A stretch of DNA of 64,000 nt, taken from contig NC_043007.1 in the NCBI RefSeq assembly GCF_006345805.1, forward strand, positions 29,326,001 to 29,390,000, in the 5' to 3' direction. The notes below the pieces were generated by a model. It was given only the letters and a program-made list of their open reading frames with translations. It had not been told where the DNA came from and searched no databases. The translations under genes were made by a program, and so were the position numbers. Of this stretch, positions 51,114 through 61,820 are shown piece after piece; position 1 is the first letter of the stretch, and every line of letters begins with the position of its first letter. The DNA comes from Octopus sinensis (taxonomy: Eukaryota).

Positions 51114-51150
<37 letters not shown>

Positions 51151-51191
51151 CATACATGTACATATAGTGTATGTATATGTGTGTATATGCG

Positions 51192-51245
<54 letters not shown>

Positions 51246-51414
51246 CATATATTCATATATATTTGTACATGTACATATATATATATGCCTATATACATAT
51301 ATATGTGTGTATGTGGTGTGTGTATGTGTGTATCTATCTATATATTTTATAAGATATTTGCAGTAAAAAAAGTGAGAGAGAAAGAAAAGAAAGGAGAGAG
51401 GAAGGGAGAGAGAA

Positions 51415-51482
<68 letters not shown>

Positions 51483-51784
51483 ATGACTGGTATTGTTATT
51501 CTCAATTCCATTCCAGAATAAACCACGAAGCTGCCACAGCAAGGTTTGCCAACAGAGCATAATTTGTCGGAAAGGAATAAAGTAAGGAATAATGGAGGTC
51601 GGCGTTGGGGGTTAAATTGTCGTTTTCGGTTACAGTTTCTCTCTTGAAATGTCTGATTACTATTGAATCATAGACGAAGGCGTGGCTCTCTGCTTAGAAG
51701 TTTGCTTCCAAACCACATGGTTCAGTTCCATTGGGTGGCACTCCGGGGGGGGGGGGGGGTCGAGTCCCTTCTACAAATTAAAAA

Positions 51785-52863
51785 AAAAAAGCATCGATAG
51801 ATCGGGAATTAAGCTGGAAGTTATCATTGAAGTTAAGCTGGAAAACCTGGACAAAATTCCGGATCATATAAAACTTCCAATTGGATAAAAACAGTATGTT
51901 ACAGTGGAAGCGACAAGATCTGTGTGCTACTTCTGCGGTAGCGCCAATCCCTCGAAGGTCCTATTTCTTCAGACGTCCAGAAGCTTTCCTGGGAGAGTCC
52001 TGATCCCTGTCACCAGTGGACGAGGGTGTATTGAAACTGTATTTTAGACGCACGGAGGGACCAGATGAGGCCAGCGAATAAGAGAAGTGCTTGCAAAAGT
52101 CTGTAAAACCTGCCTCGAAGCAGGTTTTTGATAGCCTGGCATGGGCCGACGAGATTTCCCTGATATGCTAGAGTAGACATGACATAACCACAACAGGGTA
52201 TTCAAACCGTATCCAGACAGGGTATTTGTAAGGCTAGCAGATATGAATAGGTTGGATGTTGACATTTTAAACTGGTCAACTATACAGGCCTCAAATTTGT
52301 GATCAGCTGAGTTAACTTAGATAAGATCCAAAATAACCAGCAAATGACTGAGAAGAAGATAGTCCTAAAAGTTCTGGCAGGGGTGGCGAATTCTTGCAAC
52401 ACCTCCGTAATTGTTTACTGCCTGGCTGTTGAGCTATGTCCCAGTTGGTACATGATCAGATTGGAGTGTCTGCTGTTAAATTGTAGAAGGAACGCGTTCA
52501 GCAGGTGAGGCAGTCCATCTGCTGCCAACACTTTTTGCAGGATGGCTTCGGTATGCTCCGTCTGCTGAGATGCACAGATACACGCTGGAGTTCGTAGACA
52601 GATAGGGTGTGGACACTGTTTGTGGGGCGCATCTTTCAGCAATCCGTCTGCTACATGAGGATGCAGTCATGGGTTCAGCAAATATCGAAACTTGGCGCCT
52701 GTCACTGGAACATTATCAGACACTCATCGCCTTCTACAAGTGGGACAATGATATCGGTGGATGTTACACTCAAGCAATCTATAGAACGTTAGTGGCGAGG
52801 AAGCGTGACGCTGTAATCAGGGAAATTCTGGGCGTCGACGAAAACGAACCGTTGCTTAATTAA
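51785..52863 (+). mobile_element. L1/Tx1-like LINE remnants (ORF1 knuckle region and late ORF2)
   Basis: IPDHIKLPIG.KQYVTVEATRSVCYFCG (ORF1-like) and ..IYRTLVARKRDAVIREILGVDENE (ORF2-like). The middle section is unassigned. Confidence 0.5.
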
Positions 52864-52925
52864 AATTAAGATTTTAATTTAAATAAATAAATAAATAATT
52901 CACGAGACGAAGTGAAATGGATTAC

Positions 52926-53045
52926 TTTTGTTTTGTAAACAGTTTTGGTGTGGAATTTGACGGTTCTTCCCGGAGTGAGGAAACCTTTGACAGAGGGATT
53001 CAGTAATGGCTGTTGAGAACATGCTGGCATCACAAGGTTCTGGGC
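52926..53045 (-). CDS. Synaptotagmin-like gene exon, C2A (120 nt, phase 0/0)
   Basis: ttcag| and |gtaatc. Translates AQNLVMPACSQQPLLNPSVKGFLTPGRTVKFHTKTVYKTK. Not in the ORF track. Confidence 0.88.
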
Positions 53046-53611
53046 CTGAAGAGAATCAAGAGAAACAGAATGTCAACTGGTATTTCAACAGGAATGAGTA
53101 ACGTGGCAACATTGAAGTCAGAGGTTTTAAGTTCAATACACACACATTCCTGCCAAAAACTTTCATATTAAAATCCGACATTTAATTGGGGTTAGGGTTC
53201 TAATCGAGACAGAAACAGGTTCAAAGTTGGTTTGTTTTTAAGGTTTTACTCCTTAAACATTCCAGGACTCTAATACAACACCGCCAGACTATTAATACAA
53301 ATAAAATACAATGGTATGACATCTATGGCTAGCAAGACATAGGACTCCTGAACATACACACACACACTGACACACAATGTTACACACACACACTGACACA
53401 CAATGTTACACACATACACTGACACACACACATATCCCCCCCACAACACCAGAGAACAGAACACTAAAAGTGGCGTGGTTTCAGCTATTGTTGGAGAAAA
53501 TTAAAAAAACCAATTAACGAATTAAAGAATTTGTATAGATATGATACACACACACACACACACATACACACACACAACACACACACACACACACATATGT
53601 ATATATATATA

Positions 53612-53892
53612 TATAATTGTTATAGAGGACAACAAACGTTAAGGCAAGGCAAACATCTCAAGTCGTATACAATATTATTATTAGAAAAAATTAAAGTCTT
53701 ACAGCTGTTTCTGGGATATTCCGTCATTAGAGACAAATAGGGAAAAGTAGGGAAAATGATGACAGAATATCCCATACTCGGAGATATCCCAGAAACAGCT
53801 GTAAGACTTTGAATTTCTTCCAATGATAATATTGTATACGACTTGAGATGTTTATCTTGCCTTAATGTTTGGCGTTTTGTTTAACAATTATA
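53612..53892. repeat. Foldback, about 86-bp arms plus 11-bp terminal inverted repeat, flanked by (TA)n
   Basis: 53634-53719 vs 53784-53870; TATAATTGTTA / TAACAATTATA at the ends. Confidence 0.92.
53696..53734 (-). ncRNA. Degenerate hammerhead motif inside a foldback
   Basis: GUCU-CUAAUGA-CGGAAUAUCCCA-GAAACAGCUGUA-AGAC. G5>A change and stem II mismatches; probably inactive. Confidence 0.5.
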
Positions 53893-54039
53893 TATCCGCT
53901 GCATCGGAAATCTGCAATGGCTCCATAACTACCGTCTTGGTTATAACCTTGGAGCCCTAGTAATCCGTTACAGCACCTACCTAGCGAACCTAGTCGTTGA
54001 GATCACCTTTGAACTGAACCCCCATTCTTTGTGTGTACA

Positions 54040-54107
<68 letters not shown>

Positions 54108-54110
<3 letters not shown>

Positions 54111-54396
54111 AATGGAGATATTGAAGTTAATAAGAGTTTATTATCAGCAAAAAATAGATCATTATCCCTTACAGCCGTTTCAATTAAGCTCAGTGAAGTT
54201 GAGTAAGTATTAAAATCCTTTCTGAGCTTAATCTCTTCAGAGGGAGAAAGAATATATCCATAAATATTCTATGCGTTACTTATTTGAATCGTCATACCAT
54301 GATGGTTTCACTGAGCTTAATTGAAACAGCTGTAAGAGATAATGATAATTTTTTTGCTGATAATAAACTCTTATTAACTTCAATATCTCCATTTTC
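54108..54396. repeat. Foldback, 90-bp arms with 5 mismatches
   Basis: 54108-54197 vs 54307-54396. Confidence 0.95.
54165..54245 (-). ncRNA. Type I hammerhead ribozyme motif, sense to the C2-gene intron
   Basis: Stem I UCCCU/AGGGA; CUGAAGA; 12-bp stem II GAUUAAGCUCAG/CUGAGCUUAAUU; GAAAC-GGCU-GUA. Predicted cut between 54170 and 54169. Confidence 0.7.
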
Positions 54397-54586
54397 TTAT
54401 TATTAATTTGCATGACTAGAAACCATGGTTTGTATATAAACCTATTGTTTTATGGATATTAGCCTCTCACCAAAATATTAAGTATTGAACCAGTATTTCC
54501 TCGGATTTCCCTTCATGAGGCTATTATAACTTCTGTTTGAATTATATATATATATATACATATGAGAGTGCATATATAAATCTTAC

Positions 54587-54751
54587 CTCGATAATGAATA
54601 TATTTAATGATGTTTTATCCTCGATAAAATTGAGTTGCAGTTTTAGCTGCCCTGTTGGTTTAACAGGAGGAGCATAGCGAGGTACCATTTCTTCCAAGTT
54701 CAAATCGTGCATCAGGAATGGCGAATCGGGCAAACCAATTACATTTTGTCG
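54587..54751 (-). CDS. Synaptotagmin-like gene exon, start of C2A (165 nt, phase 0/0)
   Basis: gaacag| and |gtaaga. Translates RQNVIGLPDS...KPTGQLKLQLNFIEDKTSLNIFIIE (C2 beta1-beta2 pattern). Confidence 0.88.
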
Positions 54752-55033
54752 CTGTTCAAAGAGAGAATGTAAAGGAATATAGGCGGAATGGAATTGGTAG
54801 GCGATAGAATGGTAGAGAATCAAATCGAATAGAAATATTGGAATATAATGGAATTGGTAGCGAATGGTTTGGATTGGTATCGTAAATAACGGAACAAAAT
54901 AAAATAGAAATTGACACGAAGAGTACATCATATATACACATATATACATACACACATGCACATACGTACACATACGCATACATCCACACGCACACACACA
55001 CACACACACAACACACACACACACACACACACA

Positions 55034-55210
55034 GAGGTGGAGGCGTGCGGGTTAGTGGTTAAGTTGTTGCACTAATGAAAGTAAGATTGTGGTTTCGATT
55101 CATAGACCGGTCGATGCGTTGTGTTTTTAACCAAAACACTTAAATTTTCCGTTGTTGCAGCCCATTCAGCTCGCAAAATGAACAAACCTGTGGCAAACCT
55201 GCGTCCCGTC
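55034..55210 (+). mobile_element. tRNA-headed CORE-like SINE 5' part
   Basis: gcgggttagtggttaag...ggtttcgattc, then ttgtggcaaacctgcgtcccgtccag. Related partial copies near 7300-7420 and 24336-24490. Confidence 0.55.
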
Positions 55211-55240
55211 CAGAGGAAGGGCCATATATATATATATAGG

Positions 55241-55334
<94 letters not shown>

Positions 55335-55453
55335 TGAATCCGGTAAACCGGTTGTATAATATAATGGGTTGGGAAGGACCTTTGGTCCCTGAGCAGGCAA
55401 CCATCAGAGACACACATACATACGTACACATGCACACTTATACACAGACATAC

Positions 55454-55484
<31 letters not shown>

Positions 55485-55934
55485 TGTATGTATGTATGTA
55501 TGTATGTATGTATGTATGTATGTATGTATGTATATATATGTATGTGTGTGTATAATACTTATTGATACTATATAATATAGTATATATGATGTAGTACACC
55601 CTGGTGTAGAACTCAATATAGATATGCTTCAGAACGAAGCGTCAGTTGAGTACAGAGCGGTAATAAGAAAAGAGATGGCAAAAGAATTAAACAATTATTT
55701 TATGAAATTCATTAGCTTACAGCCGTTTTTGCTATCAGATGACTGAGTAATACATTACAGCTTCATCGGAGCTTCAAATATGTGGTGCACTTCATATCTC
55801 CGATGAAGCTCATCCCCTCTCTCCCTCCCTCCCTCCCTCTCTCTCTCTCTCTCCTCTCACCTCACACACACACCACACACATCATACGAATACGCTCTAA
55901 AGAGAGTTCGACTAAGATTGCTTGCACTACTCAC

Positions 55935-56074
55935 CGTTGTCTTTTGCTTTTTGCGCATGTACTGTTGTTGTCCGGGTGGTGGGTTCAAGTTGTGATCGAA
56001 ATTGCTGAGACTGTTAACAACGAGGGTCGATAAAGTCCCGCGTCGTTTGAGTGGCTTTTTCTTACATGGTGTAC
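55935..56074 (-). CDS. Synaptotagmin-like gene exon (140 nt, phase 1/0)
   Basis: gaacag| and |gtgagt. Translates (G)TPCKKKPLKRRGTLSTLVVNSLSNFDHNLNPPPGQQQYMRKKQKTT, a basic linker. Confidence 0.8.
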
Positions 56075-56443
56075 CTGTTCGATAAATAACAGACATTCGG
56101 TCATTTATATCGATTGGCTAAGAGAGCATCAGTGTGGCCCTTTAGAAGCTGGTGTTTGATTTAGAAGCATAGGAATACCAGTAGATTACTGGTATTGATA
56201 AATCTTTATAATATTGATGGTTTCAAACGTTGGCACAAGGTCAGCAATTTTAGGGAGATGGGTTTTGTCCCTTACATAAACCCTAGTGCTCAACTGGTTA
56301 TTTTCTCAATCTCGAAAGGACGAGAGCAAGGTCGACGTCGGTGGAATTCGAACTCAGAACTTCAGAAGAGAAGGAAGAAATGTCGCCAAGGATTTTGTCC
56401 GACGTGCTAAGGATTCATCCAGCAAACTTGCCGCCTTCTAGTA

Positions 56444-56517
56444 ACGATGATGACGACGACGACGATGACGACGACGACGACGACGACGACGATGATGATG
56501 ATGATGATGATGATGAC

Positions 56518-56573
<56 letters not shown>
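56444..56573. repeat. (GAC)n/(GAT)n microsatellite
   Basis: Seen directly. Confidence 0.95.
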
Positions 56574-56574
<1 letters not shown>

Positions 56575-56581
56575 AAAGTCT

Positions 56582-57041
56582 TGCTATAAAAGATGGGTTA
56601 CAGCAAATATTCTGCTCAATACCACAGATTTGCTTGTCAGTTGTTTGACCTTAACCAGTTGAGCATGTCCCTTAGTGGCTGACGATATGTGCATCTCTGA
56701 TCACGAGCAGAAGTAGTGGGGGAGCATCATAGCCATGTGTTGAAAGGAATTCTTGGAGGTTTGGATAATTCACCTTTGGAAACATGGGTGTTTCGTTCAA
56801 CATCCTTAAACAAACCTTATTCAAGGACCTTTTGAGTGGGATGGGCTACTCGACCAGAAGAAAATTCTAACTGGGCCCCACCTACAAGGTCACTCGCTGT
56901 TAATCTTGATATGAGATCAACATATAGTTGTGATGCATGTGCCTGGTGTACCTTTATCAGACGGGTAGTCATGATGGGTATACTGGGCTTCGTACATTTT
57001 ACCCCAGTGTCACTTTGATGGCATGCACTGCTCTCTCACTC
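56582..57041 (+). mobile_element. (TAA)n-inserted element, 5'-truncated copy
   Basis: Reverse complement of 808-1290; followed by (AAT)n and then the Dong LINE. Confidence 0.85.
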
Positions 57042-57119
<78 letters not shown>

Positions 57120-57121
57120 TA

Positions 57122-58811
57122 TGGTAAAGACAATAATGAACTTGAAGGCCTATTGTGCACTGTGAAAGCATTCAGCGATGACATCGGGATGGAGTTTGGA
57201 CTTGAGAAGTGTGCCAAGGCCACTTTCCAGAAAGGGAAAGTGAAGACCACAAATTCAGTCGTGTTAGATGTTGACACAGTCATAAGAGAGCTTGAGCAAG
57301 AACAAACATACAAATATTTAGGGATAAATGAAGGCTCTGGTATTCAGCATGCAAGCATGAAAGAGAAGATCAGGAAGGAATGTTATAGGAGAGTTCGTGC
57401 AGTCCTGAAATCTGAACTAAATGCACGTAACAAGGTGTTAGCTATAAATTCCATAGCAGTTCCAGTTGTTACTTATAGCTACAATGTGTTGAACTGGAAT
57501 ATGAGTGAAGTAAAGAATATAGATAGAAAAATACGCAAGCTGCTGAGTTGTAATAGGATGCACCACCCAAGGCAGACGTAGATCGCCTTTACCTTCCCAG
57601 AGCCCAAGGAGGTCGAGGCCTGATCCAATTTGAACTAGCTTACAAAACAACCACAATTGGACTGGCCAAATATCTTGAAATATCGAATGACTGATGCTAA
57701 AGCTCGTGGAAAATCACGAGAGACGAAAGAAGCTTCATTCTATTATAAAGGAAAGCAAAAAATTTGCTATTGATCTCGTGCAGGATACCCAAACAGAACA
57801 ACCCGAGGGAAGTACGGCAATTATTGTTGCAAAGAAGGTGAAAATAATGGCAACGAAAAAGCGCACGAGCAATTGGCTGATAGGTGGGAGGAGAAACCTC
57901 TGCACGGCAAATATGTGACCCGCAGCATACAAGCTGATGTTGACCAGAAGCAAACCCATCAGTGGCTACGGAGCTCAGGGCTAAAAGCAGAGAGCGAAGG
58001 TTTCATCCTGGCTGCTCAAGATCAAAGCCTATTAACCCGGAACTACCAGGCCAATGTGATGAAAAATGGAGCAGACCCAAAATGCCGATTCTGCAACGAC
58101 ATGATTGAAACAGTGGACCACCTAATCTCTGGATGTAAAGTCTTAGCTCCAGTGGAGTATAAATTAAGACATGACAGAGTTGGCCAATATCTACACTGGC
58201 TAATAAGTCGGCATTACAATATCAAAACTGCCGACAAGTGGTATAATCACCACCCTGAGGCTGTAACTGAAGGAGAAAATGTAACCATTCTGTGGGACTT
58301 TCCAGTACATACAGACCGAACCATCAAGGCCAATAAACCAGATATTGTTGTGAAAGACCAAAACAATAAAGTTTGCTTATTGATCAACATGAGCATCCCC
58401 TGTGATCATAATATCTCAGCGAAAGAGTTTGACAAGCTCAGAAAATATAAAGACCTACTCATTGAAATTGAGAAAATGTGGCATCTCAAGGCGGTTACAA
58501 TACCAGTGATCGTAGGAGCACTAGGAATGATCAAGAAGGAAACCGAAAATTATATGAGAATGATCCCTGGCTTACCATCCCTGCAAGAAGTGCAAAGATG
58601 TCTTAACTGGTACATCACACGTATTGAGAAGAGCATTGTCGATGTGAGAACTGTTGCTGTCATGTATTTTAATTAAAAAAAAAAAAAAAAAAATGAACGA
58701 ACTATTGAGTTTGGTTTAATGGCCTACCAATGTATACTATGAGTTTCTTTGCCCTAGGAGTCGGGAAGACACTCGCAAGAAATGGAAGCAATTTGAAAGA
58801 AGAAAAAAAAG
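57122..58811 (+). mobile_element. 5'-truncated R4/Dong-clade non-LTR retrotransposon with restriction-like endonuclease, inserted in (AAT)n
   Basis: RT C-terminal part (FGLEKCA, YKYLG, LYLPR..GGRGL), CCHC knuckle KCRFC...ETVDHLISGC and RLE (RHD, KPDIVV, PVIVGALG). Flanked by (AAT)n on both sides. About four frameshifts and an apparent D>N change in the nuclease motif. Confidence 0.9.
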
Positions 58812-58848
58812 TAATAATAATATAATAATAATAATAATAATAATAATG

Positions 58849-58885
<37 letters not shown>

Positions 58886-58997
58886 TAATAATAATAATAA
58901 TAACAATAATGATAATGAATTTATTTATTTGCTACAAGGGCGAAGGATGAAGGGGACAATAGAAAGACAGACATAAAGTGTTGGGGTTTATATACAA

Positions 58998-59391
58998 CTA
59001 GCAGTATCGCCCGGCGTTGCTCGGGTTTGTAAGGGAAAAAACTATATAAGCATTTTTAGAGAGTTATAGCCAAAAAATAGCAAAAAAATGCATAAAAAAT
59101 TGAAAAAAAATTAAGGTAAATTTTTTTTAAATGGTTGACACATCGTAGATATTTTTAGAGAGTTACTTCCCTTATATAAAAGCGAAAAAAATGCATTAAA
59201 ATGGAAAAATATGATGGTAAATTTTTTTTAAATCGTAGACTCATCGTAGACGCACGCTAATACCCAGAAGGGCTCGATATGAATCACGACTATAAGATAC
59301 CCGCTTTTGGTTAAACTGCACCGCAAAATGTGGGAGTAGTTAGGAATCTAAATCGTAGGAGACAGACACACACTTCACTCTTATATAAAGA
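58998..59391 (-). mobile_element. Non-autonomous Helitron (394 bp)
   Basis: Minus strand starts TCTTTATATAAG and ends CCCGAGCAACGCCGGG hairpin...CTAG; inserted between A and T with no target duplication. Confidence 0.85.
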
Positions 59392-60759
59392 TGCTTTTTT
59401 TTTTTCAGTCATAGAGTTAGATTTATGAGGTCTTCAGTAGAAAATCCTTCGAATTCTGACTCGCTGCTTGATATAATGAATTCGTATCCATTTTTTGTCA
59501 GAATTATAAATTTTTGAAACACAATAGGAACAAATTTCGGAAAAAAAATCTCTCATAATTCACGGAATTAAAATTACACTTCGATTTTTGTACAAAACTG
59601 TAGTTGAAGTGTTACGAAGTATAATACGTGTTTTCACGAATGTACTAAAGAGATTTGCTCTGATATTCTCATTTAATATGAATAGGTAAATTCGGGCGGC
59701 TTGGTAACTATATATAAGTGTCGTCTGTTTATACATAAACACTGTTTCATACTGCAATTATATATACATATATCTATATATAATATTATATAATAAAATA
59801 TATACAGAGTAAAATAAAAACCAATTTACCTTTCTGTCCGTCCGTGTGTCTTTGCAAATGTGTTGGAATGATAAGTGAGTTGAGTTTTGGCGCCTTTTAC
59901 TAATAACAAACACACACGTGTTTGTATGTAGTTGTATGTGTATGTAGTTGTATATGTAGTGTATGCGTGTGTGTGAGGAATGACACACACACACTCACGC
60001 ACGCACACATGTACATCAATGCTTTCGGAGTGATATGTTAAAATATTGAGTTTTCTCGAATTTTGTCTTAATTGGTGGTAAAATTGAAAGAAATTTTTTA
60101 TGGCATCACCCACTGAAGTAGTCTGAAAAATCTTAGGTAAATTCTAATTGAAGAAATTGTGTGAGGAGTAAATGGTTATGTATTTATTTGTTTCTGTTTG
60201 CTGTGTTTTTTTATTTTTTGAGTAGTGGTTGAAATATTTTCAGTTTAGTCTTCCTCAAATCACTCTGTCGCTATTTACTTTCATTTAATTCGTTGCACAC
60301 TGTGTGTGTGCGTTTGCGTGTGGTGTAAACCAGACTAAGAAAAGCATTTGACACACACACCAGAATGTGAGTTTTCTGTAAATTTTGCTTAATTGGAGTT
60401 TAAATTTAAAAAACTGGACCTGGCATGACGCGATGCATTGTACTCTTAAAAATGGTAGGTAAATTGTAATTGAAGAAATCCTATATTGTAGATTTGTATA
60501 ACTCCCAAAGGGAGGCAGATAAAATCTGCCTTTTATAATAAGAGATGAAATGATAAAAAAATAATAAAAAAGGAAAGAAAAAGAAAGAAATTAAATGTAA
60601 GAAGGGACAGATGCACACAAAGGTAAAAAGAAAATGGCAGGGGTGGGGATGATAGAGATGTGGCACTCCTGATACAGGAAGATCTCTAGGGATAATCGAG
60701 GAACCCCACTGTCCGAGATTTCCCTGAAACCCCAGGAGCAAATGCACTCTCTAATTCCT

Positions 60760-61365
60760 TCTCTCCGACTCACAGGTCTTCACTTAGAGAGGTACCATCC
60801 ACTCTTGCCATTTTCGCAACTTTCACTCATCTCTCAATAAACTCATTCGAGGGCAGAACTTCTCTCTCCTCTCTCAATTTCCTTTTCAAGTGAAACTTGC
60901 AGAAGTCAATGAGAGCTTTAACTGAGAGGAATGTATATGTCCTCATGTCTTTCAGCCTTGTCTACCAAACAACTTCTTCCGTGACAGCCATCAGGCAAAG
61001 GAAAACTGCCTTGCCTGCCCGATTGAATGAGGGTAGCGATACGATCATCACTACAGACTGGTTCAACAGACGGATCCGTCCCACACGTGACAGCAGTTGT
61101 TCGATATATCCCCACAAGTCAGCAATGACCGGACACTAAACGAGGGCGTGCAGAGCGGTTTTATCACTCTGCGCGCACCTCGGACAAGTCCGTCTGACAG
61201 AACATCCGTGCCTGTAGAGTTTATCTCGAACCGGTAGCCTCCCAATCCGGTAGCACTGCCAAGCCAAGGACATCTGGAAATTATCCCTGATAGTTCCCGA
61301 CCGGAAAGTACTCCGGAATAGACTGGCCAGTTCGTTCTCGTCGGCGCCCAGAGTCTCCCCAAAGA
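60760..61365 (-). mobile_element. L1/Tx1-like LINE ORF2 3' end (zf-RVT)
   Basis: LGADENELASLF..LAWQCYR..LPVRDKL...CPRCAQSDKTALHALV*CP..W. Confidence 0.8.
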
Positions 61366-61378
61366 ATAATAATAATCC

Positions 61379-61560
61379 TCTCAAGTACGAATTAGTCCGG
61401 CTTTGGAAAATGAAGAATGTGAAGGTAGTGCCAATTATTGTTGGGTGCTTTGAGACAGTATCAGAAGGCATCAAGAGGAATATAAAGGAAATTGGAATAG
61501 AGTGCCCAGTAGAACTGTTGCAAAAGGTCTGCCCCCTTGGCATGCAAGACTCCAGGAATT
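61379..61560 (+). mobile_element. R4/Dong 3' (RLE) fragment after (AAT)4
   Basis: KYELVRLWKMKNVKVVPIIVGCFETVSEGIKRNIKEIGIECPVELLQKVC. Confidence 0.65.
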
Positions 61561-61619
61561 ACAACAAAACCTGAGATAAAGACGACAACAACAACAACAA
61601 TCCTGTCTACTAAAAGTAC

Positions 61620-61820
61620 GAGGACTGAAATTTTGGGGGAGGGGGAGGGCAGTCGATTAGATCGACCCCAGTACGCAACTGGTACTTAATTTATCGATCC
61701 TGAAAGGATGAAAGGCAAAGTCGACCTCGGAAGAAGTTGAATTTAGAACGTAAAGACGGACGAAACGCCGTTAAGCATTTTGTCCGGGGTGGTAACGCTT
61801 CTTCCAGCTCATCGCCTCAT
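61620..61820 (-). mobile_element. SINE family B copy (well preserved)
   Basis: + strand: gatcgaccccagtacgcaactggtacttaatttatcgatcctgaaaggatgaaaggcaaagtcgacctcgg...ccagctcatcgcc. Confidence 0.8.

Noticed and set aside
53042-53085. CTGAAGA...GAAAC...GTC on the + strand
   Set aside because: Stems I and II do not pair; it is the complement of the exon acceptor polypyrimidine tract.
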